This document shows positions 1 to 9,094 of a DNA stretch of 64,000 bases, in pieces. Under the pieces are notes generated by a model. The model had not been told where the DNA came from and searched no databases. It saw only the letters and a list, made by a program, of their open reading frames with translations. The stretch is taken from the NCBI GenBank assembly GCA_051117555.1, contig JBNPEG010000026.1, positions 1-64,000 on the forward strand. The letters run 5' to 3'. The position numbers and the translations under genes were made by a program. Positions within the stretch are counted from its first letter, which is position 1. Each line of letters begins with the position of its first letter. This DNA is from Elainellaceae cyanobacterium (GTDB lineage: Bacteria; Cyanobacteriota; Cyanobacteriia; CAZCXK01).

Positions 1-126
1 AATGAGTCTCAAACTAAAGGAAATGAGTCTCAAACTAAAGGAAATGAGTCTCAAACTAAAGGAAATGAGTCTCAAACTAAAGGAAATGAGTCTCAAACTA
101 AAGGAAATGAGTCTCAAACTAAAGGA
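1..126. repeat. Perfect 21-bp tandem repeat (AATGAGTCTCAAACTAAAGGA), at least 6 copies, truncated by window start
   Basis: Six identical head-to-tail units at 1-126 with no spacers; reads MSLKLKE or NESQTKG depending on + frame. Confidence 0.95.
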
Positions 127-379
127 ACGGGCACTCAAAACAACGGTTTGTAAATTGGTTGGGCACACGCGATCGAGGACGGTCGCACTGACACGAAAAC
201 CTAAACGCTCTCGAAATCCGGTTGATTCCCCTATAAAAACCGACACGCTGTAAGGGCGTTGGCGGAGCATGACGCACCCTTGATGACGTGTAATCACAAC
301 CAAAACAATTGCCCAACATTGAGAATCATGGAACGGTGCGTTTACTTGATAGCAACGCACCCTAGCTTTTCTTTGGGCT

Positions 380-616
380 TTACGTATTCAACCCCCGAAT
401 GCGTTTCGTCAAAATCCGCATCACTTCATTCGGATTCACCGTGGGCAATGGCTTTGACCATTCACCCGGTTCGGCATAGTCGAGTTGATACATCTGCATC
501 ACACACTGATTGACGACGGTGAGCGACCCTACGGCAATGATGCGCAAGGTATGGCGATCGTCGTCTGGACGCGATGAACTGTCCGCCCCACCAGGCGGAT
601 TGGGTGGAAAAACCAT
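380..616 (-). CDS. Small hypothetical protein of a widespread cyanobacterial family
   Basis: 78-aa ORF with AGGAG SD 8 nt before ATG; the pattern GS..VV......LDYAE..EWS..LPT.NP.EVM.IL is recalled from conserved cyanobacterial hypotheticals. Confidence 0.65.
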   Translation of the reverse strand: MVFPPNPPGGADSSSRPDDDRHTLRIIAVGSLTVVNQCVMQMYQLDYAEPGEWSKPLPTVNPNEVMRILTKRIRGLNT

Positions 617-1427
617 GAAGTACGCTCCTATTTTTTTGAAAGGGAGCGCTCAAACAAACACGCCACCCTGATTCTTGACATGGCAAATGAGGATGGCGAT
701 AGGAGCTAAAATGCCTAAAGCCACTGATTCTGTTACCGCAGGGTCAGGGGTCAGCTTCCTAGTTGTGTGCGACCACTTCTAGGGAGCGCTGCGCTGTTTG
801 AGCGCTTACCGACAGAGAATAACCTAAGGTGTAAAAGAAAACAACCGTACTTCGCGCTTTAGAAAAATTTAATGGGATTCTGGTGGGCGATCGCTCATCA
901 CATTAGAGCAAGGTTTGAGAGGGTGGGCGTTGGCGCTAGCGTAACCATGCCCAAAAGGGCTGTAGCCTCTCCATCGGAGAATCGCCCCTGTTACCGAATT
1001 TTTCCCATCAATGTTGGAGTACGCTGATATTAAACCACCCACCGAGGGCTCTTAAGGAGTTTTGATATGACAGTTGAGTTATATCAGGAAGTCGCTGCGG
1101 TAGAAGCATATTTAAGTCAAAGAGAGCAGTTGGCTGAATCTGTGCAGCAACGTTTGTCTGAATATTCAGCCCGATTTGAGTTCTATCCGTACCCGGTTAC
1201 TGTCTCAACAGAATTCATAGTGGCGTGCGGAGTGTGTTGAGTGATGAAAATTTCAATGGCGACATCGTTCGGGGATTGCTGATGAATTATCCCTACTAGT
1301 AGCGCGATCGCCTTTACTTCAGATCATTTCCCTCTAAATCAAATAGTGCGTTGCGGTCAAGCAACACACTATTCGAAAAAATCAGCGTTTTAAGAGTTTT
1401 GCCAGTCAACGAGATTAGATATTCATT

Positions 1428-1559
1428 GTATGTATTTAGCGTAACGCCCTAGAGATCCCCCTAAATCCCCCTTGAAAAGGGGGACTTCAACACCCTGTAA
1501 ATAGCCCCCTTTTTCGGGCAGCGTCAGCGGGGGATCTCACACATGTGCTAAACGCATAC
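1428..1559. mobile_element. MITE family A copy 1 (132 bp) with 8-bp target-site duplication
   Basis: TIR GTATGTATTTAGC...GCTAAACGCATAC; TATTCATT direct repeat at 1420-1427 and 1560-1567; near-identical copy at 5254-5389. Confidence 0.9.
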
Positions 1560-1625
1560 TATTCATTTCAGCTCACGTGCACGGGATCTATTAACGTGTG
1601 CTGAGCCGAAACAGCTAGATGACGG

Positions 1626-2807
1626 CTATGATGGTGCTCCAACTCCCGACATAATGGGATACCGGAAGATGGCTGCTGCCGCTGCATCTGCTACAGGCAT
1701 ATGGTCTGGATGAACGGCGTAGACGGTTCCTCCATTGATGAAGGTATAAATTGCCGCCATATTCAATAGGTCGTTTGCACCGGGGCTTTCATCAGCGTGC
1801 ATTTCTACGGTGCGTTCCTGGGGAGAAAAGTTGCCCCATTGATATGCTCCATCTGCAACAAATAGAGTGTCAACCTGCCCTTCATAGGCTGCAACGACGA
1901 TATCTTGTAGGCTAGATGTCGCTTGTCCTGTCCCCTTTAGGTGATGATATTGATCGACTGCCTGACGCTGAGACTCCTGAAAGTAGGGCTCAACAGTAGC
2001 CCATGCTTGTTGATGCAAATCGTCTAAATCGACATTTTCTGGATTGCCCGTCACGCTTCTGTCAAGCAGGTTGGAATATGAGCTGCATTCTCGATATATC
2101 TCAGTCAAATAATCGACACCCGCAAGCACGAGGGGCGATCGCTCATCTTTTAATAGCTCTTGTACCGTGTTGTCAATGATGTTACAGAAGCGCCGCAGCT
2201 CATCTTTGTTGTCAGTTGTCCCAACTCCCTGACCGTGATAGAGCGGATCAATTCCTCTACCCTGCGTATGAAACTGAAGCTGATTCTCTTTCTCGTCGTA
2301 TCGAAGGACTTCTTTCAAACTAGTCGGTGTGTCCCTCAGATCAATTTCAACAATGCTGTGACGATTGCCAACATAGAGATTAACTTGATTCTGACTTAGC
2401 GATAGCAGGAAGAATCGACCATCGTTTTTCAAAATCGGCATCAAAGGCTTCAGGTAGAAGCGATCAGATACGACGACGTGTTCTTCAAAATTGATAGGCA
2501 GATGGAAACGGTGAAAGCTATCAGGCGCAATGAACAGTGCTAACCCATCACTTTGATGTCGCCAAAAATCTGCATCATCAATCAATGCCGAGATTCGATC
2601 GGGTTCGAGCAAGTTTCCTACGTCTCTAGAGTCATAGCCTTGAGCCGCAAGTTTTTCCTCAGCGTCTCGAACTAGATTCTTCAGGCGAATTGGGTCTTGC
2701 CGAATTTCAGGACCCGCCTTATGGGTTGGCATATAGATAGATACGCATGTCTGGCCGTCAGACACATCGGCTAAGAGTTGCAAATTAGTTTTGGATAACA
2801 AGGTCAT
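1626..2807 (-). CDS. Bacterial archaeo-eukaryotic release factor (baeRF, family 3/7-like) domain protein
   Basis: CVSIYMPTH..G....QDPIRLKNL, DFW.HQSDGLA, PLVLAGV and AA.EGQVDTLF motifs; start placed at MTLLSK (track ORF begins 2828). Confidence 0.8.
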   Translation of the reverse strand: MTLLSKTNLQLLADVSDGQTCVSIYMPTHKAGPEIRQDPIRLKNLVRDAEEKLAAQGYDSRDVGNLLEPDRISALIDDADFWRHQSDGLALFIAPDSFHRFHLPINFEEHVVVSDRFYLKPLMPILKNDGRFFLLSLSQNQVNLYVGNRHSIVEIDLRDTPTSLKEVLRYDEKENQLQFHTQGRGIDPLYHGQGVGTTDNKDELRRFCNIIDNTVQELLKDERSPLVLAGVDYLTEIYRECSSYSNLLDRSVTGNPENVDLDDLHQQAWATVEPYFQESQRQAVDQYHHLKGTGQATSSLQDIVVAAYEGQVDTLFVADGAYQWGNFSPQERTVEMHADESPGANDLLNMAAIYTFINGGTVYAVHPDHMPVADAAAAAIFRYPIMSGVGAPS

Positions 2808-3140
2808 AGAAGTTCCAGAATAAGTCACGACATTTGCTTTACAAAATAGTTGGAAAAGCCAATTTTTTTTAGCCTAGAGATTTAGGAAGTAGCTCAGGTA
2901 ACATTTAGCGCTTTTCAAACAGTAAAGCAATTAGAGGAGAGGGGAAAAAGAATATAGCTGAATCAATTGGGGATAGTTTAAGCAATTTTATGCGGTATTT
3001 GTTGTACGTCTGTGAAGGGCTTGAGATTTTTCATGAGGGGATTAGATGGGGGTGTCCTTACAACTAGTCTGAATAGTCTATTCAGACTAGTTGTAACGGT
3101 AATCAATGATCAATCCGTGATTGGCCAGCGATTATTGAAT

Positions 3141-4001
3141 CTATTGAGCGTCATCATTGAGGGGATTATTCACAATAAACTCAGATTCAAAGGGTTCAAC
3201 TTGATCGTTAACAACGAGGGCTTGATACAGCATGGCAGAAACATCTGCACGCGTAGCGGATTGAGTCGGATTGAGTTGATCGACATTGGGATGATTTACA
3301 ACCAGTCCTGCTTCCGTTGCAGCGGCGATCGCCCCACGGGCATACTCTGGAATTTGGTCAGCATCCGTGAACGTTTGCAAAATTCCATCTGCTGGTGTGT
3401 CTGTCTCTAAGCCTAAGCCACTTGATAGAGCAACTAGCACGTTTGCCCGCGTCATATCTTGGTTAGGACGGAACTCATTTCCTGCATATCCGCTTAAAAA
3501 GCCTTCATTGGCAACACTGGCGATCGCATCAGATGCCCAAAAATCAGACGGCACATCTTGAAACGGCTCGGCAGTTTCTGCTGTTTCAACATCGAATGCA
3601 GATTGTACCATCGCCGCAAACTGCGCTCGCGTGACAGGCTGTTCTGGATTAAACCCTCCATCTGGATATCCAGACACAACATTTCGTTGAGCTAGTTCTT
3701 GAATGAACGGTCTGGCCCAGAACCCATTGGGAACGTCGGCAAAGTCACGGTCTCCTTGAAAACCAAATTGTTGAGTTTGTTGATCTCGTCCAAACCTTGG
3801 AGCAACATCAATCACTCCGAAGTATTCTAAAAGTACGCCTGCGCCCACGATGATTAAAAATGCCAGCAACCACTTTAATACAGCTGCTTCTGATGTCTTG
3901 CTGGTGGAATCACTCGGACGCGACTTTTCCTGCGTTCGCGTTCCAACACCTTCGTCTTTGATGTCGCTATTAGTATGTCTGCCGGTATCTTGATTTGCCA
4001 T
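3141..4001 (-). CDS. S-layer homology (SLH) domain protein with N-terminal membrane anchor
   Basis: Three SLH repeats (FADVPNGFWA..GYPDGGFNP...TRAQFA etc.) after a hydrophobic helix. Confidence 0.9.
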   Translation of the reverse strand: MANQDTGRHTNSDIKDEGVGTRTQEKSRPSDSTSKTSEAAVLKWLLAFLIIVGAGVLLEYFGVIDVAPRFGRDQQTQQFGFQGDRDFADVPNGFWARPFIQELAQRNVVSGYPDGGFNPEQPVTRAQFAAMVQSAFDVETAETAEPFQDVPSDFWASDAIASVANEGFLSGYAGNEFRPNQDMTRANVLVALSSGLGLETDTPADGILQTFTDADQIPEYARGAIAAATEAGLVVNHPNVDQLNPTQSATRADVSAMLYQALVVNDQVEPFESEFIVNNPLNDDAQ

Positions 4002-4263
4002 GTTTCTGCCCTCAATTTTAATGACACACGATCTGAAGTGATGATTTGAGTCGTGAGCCTAAACCTAGTTGAACTCTTTGTCTGGATTGCCCAATTCGGC
4101 TCGAAAGAATTCAGCTTAACGCGCAATTCAAACAACATTCTGAACGACTCAAATCCCTAATGAATTTGAGACAAAACAGCACATATTACTTTATTATTTG
4201 GAGTTTTTGCTAAGCATATCTCAAACTGGATCTTTAGCTTAAACAATTTGAGACGAACCTGAA

Positions 4264-4304
4264 TCTATCGGATGACGGAAATCCCACGCCTCTCAGGAGA
4301 TAGA
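4264..4304. promoter_or_regulatory. Pair of 16-bp imperfect palindromic boxes upstream of SLH gene
   Basis: TCTATC-GGAT-GACGGA (4264-4279) and CCTCTC-AGGA-GATAGA (4289-4304); minus-strand -10 TAAGCT (4236-4241) 22 bp from first box. Confidence 0.5.
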
Positions 4305-4465
4305 CAGTATTGAGCATCGTATTGAATCGCGATCGCTCACCGTAATTGCTCACGTAATCGCTCACGTAATCGCTCACCGTAACCGTATTGGTAATCCAAT
4401 TCAAATCATTGCAATCCGAAACAATCTCTGAAATGTATAAATGACGGATACTTTGTCAATGAAGC

Positions 4466-4481
4466 TCTATCGGATGAAAGA
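4466..4481. promoter_or_regulatory. 16-bp imperfect palindromic box upstream of the 4799 gene
   Basis: TCTATC-GGAT-GAAAGA followed 22 bp later by -10-like CACGAT (4504-4509). Confidence 0.5.
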
Positions 4482-4798
4482 TGACATGGGCACTATTATC
4501 GATCACGATTATTGGGGTTAGTAGCTAAGCCTAAATCTTTAGTTAATTCAATCTAAGACTGTAAACGTCTGAAATCGATGTTAAGCAGTCGGATTAGCTT
4601 AATTTGTTACCCAGGAATATGGATTGAGTGAGTAAAAATTGCAAATCCTGGACATATTCCTATGTCTTTGTCTTGCAATCAGCGCGTCAATCAGCGTGTC
4701 TTTCTGAGGTATTGACTGTAGCTTCATTAATCAAGAATGTTCCATTCATTAGATCTTGAAGTACAGATTTGAAGAGAAATTTTCAAGGAGAATCATTC

Positions 4799-5206
4799 AT
4801 GATGAGTCATCTAAGTCGAGTTCTGAAAATGTTAGTTTCCACTGCCCTTATCGGGTTAATGGCGCTTACGGTTGCACTCGGCGGGCTGACTACCCGTTCG
4901 GCTTTTGCTCTGCCAAACGCGGCGGATGATGCAATGCTTGTGGCACAGGAATCCAGTTCAGAGAATCAAGGCGTTATCAAAGACGATCGGCTCAAAGCAA
5001 TTGAGGATTGTATTCCTGAAGAACTTACCTTGCAGAACGATGATGCAGGCGATCGCCTCGCTCGTGCTCTAGGTGAAATGACCAACGATCAAATTGAACG
5101 AGCATTTAATCTAACAGACAACCCTGAACTGAGTGATGCAGAAGCTGAGTTTGAGAGATGTCTGGAGCGTAAGGGCTATACGCCTCAGCGGCAGCAAAAT
5201 TCATAG
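4799..5206 (+). CDS. Hypothetical secreted protein
   Basis: AAGGAG SD before ATG 4799; signal-peptide-like N-terminus ending AFA; acidic mature part with two Cys. Confidence 0.7.
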   Translation: MMSHLSRVLKMLVSTALIGLMALTVALGGLTTRSAFALPNAADDAMLVAQESSSENQGVIKDDRLKAIEDCIPEELTLQNDDAGDRLARALGEMTNDQIERAFNLTDNPELSDAEAEFERCLERKGYTPQRQQNS

Positions 5207-5253
5207 TTTGCCAGCCCCCTTAAATTAATAAATTCAGGCGTAGGGTAAGCGAA

Positions 5254-5389
5254 GTATGTATTTAGCGTAACGCCCTAGAAATCCCCCTAAATCCCCCTTA
5301 AAAAGGGGGACTTCAGCAACCTGTAGATAGCCCCCTTTTCAAGGGGGGCAGCGACAGCGGGGGATCTTACATATGCGCTAAACATATAC
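5254..5389. mobile_element. MITE family A copy 2 (136 bp) with 8-bp target-site duplication
   Basis: TIR GTATGTATTTAGCG...CGCTAAACATATAC; TAAGCGAA direct repeat at 5246-5253 and 5390-5397. Confidence 0.9.
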
Positions 5390-5459
5390 TAAGCGAATCG
5401 CTTACCTTACGTGCAAAAAATTTTCGTAAGTCCTAGACGAAATAAAGCACCCGCGTTCT

Positions 5460-6695
5460 GTGGAGCAGTTTGGAGCACTCAACATCAACCTAATACTTCT
5501 AACCTTGGGAGGGCTCGTCCTGGGGTTAGGGTTGATGTCTGGCATTCTCAAAGAAAAGCTACTTTTAACGAACCCGATCATCGCAATGCTGGTCGGGGTT
5601 TTATTCGGTCCAGATGTTCTCAATTGGTTGAATCTTAATGAGTGGGGCAGTCCTGAGGGTATCTTGAAAGAAGCAGCCCGAATTGCGATCGCCATTCAGG
5701 TGATGGGGGTTGCACTTCGACTTCCGCCTCGCTACTTGTTTAACCATCCGCGTCCGATGAGCATTCAACTGGGGCTAGTCATGCCGCTAATGTGGCTCGT
5801 GAGTAGCGGTTTGACCGCGTGGATATTAGGTCTGTCCGTTTGGAATGCTCTACTCGTCGGCGCCATTATTACCCCCACCGACCCTGTTGTATCCACTTCA
5901 ATTGTGACAGGTCGGCTTGCAAAAGAGTATCTTCCCCATCGAATCCGAAATTTGATTTCCGCTGAATCAGGAATCAATGATGGGCTTGCCTATCCATTCG
6001 TGTTGCTGCCAATCTTATTTCTGACGCGATCGCCCCAAGAAGCCTTTTGGCACTGGCTTATTGATGCCTTGATTATCGAAGTGGGGCTAGCCATTATGCT
6101 AGGTGCATTAATGGGATATGTGGCCGGACGCTTATTGCATTGGGCTGAAGATCGAGAGACGATCGATCGCCAATCATTTTTGGCCTATACGGTCGCCTTA
6201 GCGTTGTTTGTGTTAGGAAGTACCGAAATTTTAGGAAGTGATAGTATTCTGGCAGTCTTCGTTGCTGGCATTGCATTTGACAATACTACGAACGCAAGCG
6301 AACGGGCTCAAGAAGAAAAAGTTCAAGAAGCGGTCGATTGTTTTTTTACTATTTATATCTTTGTGTTGTTCGGTAGTGCACTTCCGTGGCAGGGTTGGGT
6401 TGACTTGGGATGGAGCGGAATCATGCTGGCGATCGCCATTTTAGTCTTGCGGCGGCTTCCTGCCATGCTGACACTCCGGCCTCTCTATGGTAGACGTTGG
6501 CATCTGTCAGATATCGCATTTATAGGATGGTTTGGGCCTGTTGGGGTAGCAGCGGTGTTCTATGCCATGCTGGCAGAGATAGAAACTGGGCTGGGTGAAA
6601 TCTGGACTATTAGTAGTTTAATGATTACCGTGTCAATCGTATGCTACGGCATCACATCAGTTCCGCTAACGCGATTATATGGCCGATCTAACTAG
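5460..6695 (+). CDS. Cation:proton antiporter (CPA1/NhaP-like)
   Basis: About 12 TM helices; TPTDPV and ESGINDG motifs. Confidence 0.9.
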   Translation: MEQFGALNINLILLTLGGLVLGLGLMSGILKEKLLLTNPIIAMLVGVLFGPDVLNWLNLNEWGSPEGILKEAARIAIAIQVMGVALRLPPRYLFNHPRPMSIQLGLVMPLMWLVSSGLTAWILGLSVWNALLVGAIITPTDPVVSTSIVTGRLAKEYLPHRIRNLISAESGINDGLAYPFVLLPILFLTRSPQEAFWHWLIDALIIEVGLAIMLGALMGYVAGRLLHWAEDRETIDRQSFLAYTVALALFVLGSTEILGSDSILAVFVAGIAFDNTTNASERAQEEKVQEAVDCFFTIYIFVLFGSALPWQGWVDLGWSGIMLAIAILVLRRLPAMLTLRPLYGRRWHLSDIAFIGWFGPVGVAAVFYAMLAEIETGLGEIWTISSLMITVSIVCYGITSVPLTRLYGRSN

Positions 6696-6718
6696 CACAT
6701 AGTTGATTCAGGCTAATG

Positions 6719-6840
6719 TAATGGCATGGCACAGCTAAAATAATGCATTGGTAGGGTGTCGTTAGCGCAGCGTAACGCACCGGTTTCAAGAGTTTCAGCC
6801 TTTTAAGAGTTTGCATTATTTTAGGCATGTCACAACAGTA
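6719..6840. mobile_element. MITE-like family B copy
   Basis: Imperfect inverted ends (CTAAAATAATGCA...TGCATTATTTTAG) around a GGTG(T)CGTTAGCGCAGCGTAACGCACC hairpin; related copies at 18129-18250 and about 48550-48644. Confidence 0.7.
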
Positions 6841-6893
6841 GCATGGGTTAGCGATAGCGTAACCCATGCTGATCAAAGATTTTAGCCTTTGTA

Positions 6894-8048
6894 TCAGTCT
6901 TGTTGAGAAATAGAAGGGTGAGGCGTCGGTGCAGATTGCTCTGTTCCATCTTGCCCATCTGGAGAGTGAGCGCTAAATGAATCATGCAGCAAGATTCTCC
7001 AGGTTTGAATGCTGTCAAAAGCACTTTTCAAGAAGCCTGCCGACGGAATTGCAATGAATAGCCCAACGACTCCTCCTAGTTTTGCGCCGATTAGCAACGA
7101 TGTAATCACCTCAATCGGGCCTAACCCAATAAACTTGCCGACTAATCGAGGGGCGATCGCCTGATCAATGGTCTGATCTAGGACAAGCGCTACCACAACC
7201 ACTCTGATCCCCAACCAAATATCTTGGATAGCAATCAGCGCGCTAATCACGCTGAATACCAGTATGTCTGCGAAGGGCACCAGAGCTGCGGCCCCCACTG
7301 TAATGCCGCAGAGCAAGGCAAAATCAACGCCTAGCACATAAAAGGCAATCGTCATAAGGATAGACGCTAGAGTCGCAACCATTGCCTGTCCTAAAAAGTA
7401 GTTTTGAAAGTTTTGCTGAAGGGATTGCCCGATATTCTGTCCAATGTGATAGGGGAATAATTCTAGAAGCCAGTTGACGATGCGCTGACCATCCAGTAAA
7501 AAGTAAAAGGTTAAGACGAGGGCTAGAGCAATCTGAGACAAGCTTTCAAGTGTGAAGAGAGTGATATTGAAAACCTGCTCGCCGAGGGAGTTGAGTTCTG
7601 AGATCACTTCGTCTGTGAGCTGGGCAATAGTTTCATTGATGCTGATTGACCACTGCTGACTAATAGACCAGGCTCGTAACGAGGAGAGGTTTTTGTTGAT
7701 AGCATCCAGCCATTCGGGAATGCGCTCTAGCACGGCGTTGATTTCGTTAAATAAGAAGGGAAAGACAATAACGCCGACGATGCTAACGGTGGCGATCGCC
7801 GTTAGAAACACGAGCAAAGCCGCATATCCACGATTGAGCCCTGCTTGCTGGAGAAAATGAACCGGATAATTCAAAATAAAAGCTAATAATGCTGAAATAG
7901 TAAAAATGCTGACAAAGGGTTGCAAATATTGGAGAATTTGCAGAATGAGCCACCCATTTAAGCAAACAAGAGGGAATAAGGTAATAACCAGCAGCCCATA
8001 ACCTATTGGTTTGGGAATATTTGATAGCTTATCGGGAAAGCTAGCCAC
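6894..8048 (-). CDS. AI-2E family transporter
   Basis: LAFILNYPV, LTFYFLLDG, NYFLGQ and GLFIAIP motifs; multi-TM. Confidence 0.9.
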   Translation of the reverse strand: MASFPDKLSNIPKPIGYGLLVITLFPLVCLNGWLILQILQYLQPFVSIFTISALLAFILNYPVHFLQQAGLNRGYAALLVFLTAIATVSIVGVIVFPFLFNEINAVLERIPEWLDAINKNLSSLRAWSISQQWSISINETIAQLTDEVISELNSLGEQVFNITLFTLESLSQIALALVLTFYFLLDGQRIVNWLLELFPYHIGQNIGQSLQQNFQNYFLGQAMVATLASILMTIAFYVLGVDFALLCGITVGAAALVPFADILVFSVISALIAIQDIWLGIRVVVVALVLDQTIDQAIAPRLVGKFIGLGPIEVITSLLIGAKLGGVVGLFIAIPSAGFLKSAFDSIQTWRILLHDSFSAHSPDGQDGTEQSAPTPHPSISQQD

Positions 8049-8080
8049 ATTAGCCTCATTAGATTATTAGAGTATTGATT

Positions 8081-8836
8081 CTACGTTATTAAGCTTTGAA
8101 TTCTCCAAACATCTGCCTTGAGCCATATTCGTAGTTTCTTTTGATGAATGTCTACGTGTTGAATTGAAATTGAAAGATCGTCAAATTGAAAGCATCGTAG
8201 GTGCAGAATTTCGCTGAGCACCTCTAGAATTGCGAGTGCGTCTGGAAGAGGAAGACTAGTATCATCTAAAAAACCGCCCCGTTCCAAAAAAAAAGTAGTG
8301 CCGTCGCGGTGGAGTCGGAGCATCAATTCAACGGCGATCGCCTCAATCGGTAACGCATCGGACTGGTGAAGGCGCGTGTTTAGCTGCACTCCGATCTGGT
8401 TATTGGAATAAAGTTGACAGTTAATCTGATCAACATCTAACCGCATGATTTTATGAGTTGAGGGAATGTCTACCGTCCTTAACCAATCATGCAGCAGATC
8501 TGAATTTAATAGTTGATTTAAGTCGGTTTCTGTTAATACAACTTGGGCAGAGACACTCGCGGGTTGAGAAAGTTCGGGGCTGCCCATTGCAGAACTCAGC
8601 AGGGCGATCGCCAATTGTTTGATCTGAACCACTAACGAATCAACGCGCAGATTCTTTTGCACCCTAAGACCATCTCCTTCCACAGTCACAGAATGAGCCT
8701 GCCCTTGAAGGAGTTCAGAGGGTTGTCCATTCACTTTGATGTTGAGACGATCAAAGCTTTCAAGCTGGCTCGAAACAGTTGTCTCAATGACTCGACTCAA
8801 AACATATTCAATGAATGTCGTTTCATTAGATGCCAT
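8081..8836 (-). CDS. DUF2993 / LmeA-like protein
   Basis: LLQGQAHSV.V.G.GL and VLTETDLN motifs; adjacent to the AI-2E gene. Confidence 0.75.
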   Translation of the reverse strand: MASNETTFIEYVLSRVIETTVSSQLESFDRLNIKVNGQPSELLQGQAHSVTVEGDGLRVQKNLRVDSLVVQIKQLAIALLSSAMGSPELSQPASVSAQVVLTETDLNQLLNSDLLHDWLRTVDIPSTHKIMRLDVDQINCQLYSNNQIGVQLNTRLHQSDALPIEAIAVELMLRLHRDGTTFFLERGGFLDDTSLPLPDALAILEVLSEILHLRCFQFDDLSISIQHVDIHQKKLRIWLKADVWRIQSLIT

Positions 8837-8933
8837 GTATGGAGATATGTCACTAAATTCATCCGATTCTAGGGTAAATCACCTGCGGAGAAGTCACCAT
8901 TGCCGATAGGGGGATCTGCACTCAGTAATACCA

Positions 8934-8970
8934 ATTTTGGATTTTGGATTTTGGATTTTGGATTTTGGAT
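8934..8970. repeat. Heptamer tandem repeat (ATTTTGG) x5, STRR-like
   Basis: Five units seen directly in intergenic DNA. Confidence 0.9.
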
Positions 8971-9094
8971 GGGTGGGTGCCGCCGAGCGGTTTTCAGAGT
9001 TTGCTACTAATTCGCATAATAATTATAAAAAGACACAGCACGATCGCTGTGTCTTCTTCCAATATTTGTGCTTTCCAATCTGGCTAAATTAGCA

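Noticed and set aside
1..126. Possible CRISPR array
   Set aside because: Units are contiguous with no spacers and no cas genes are visible
1067..1240. 57-codon ORF with AAGGAG SD
   Set aside because: Looks like fragmentary remnants; no family could be supported by eye
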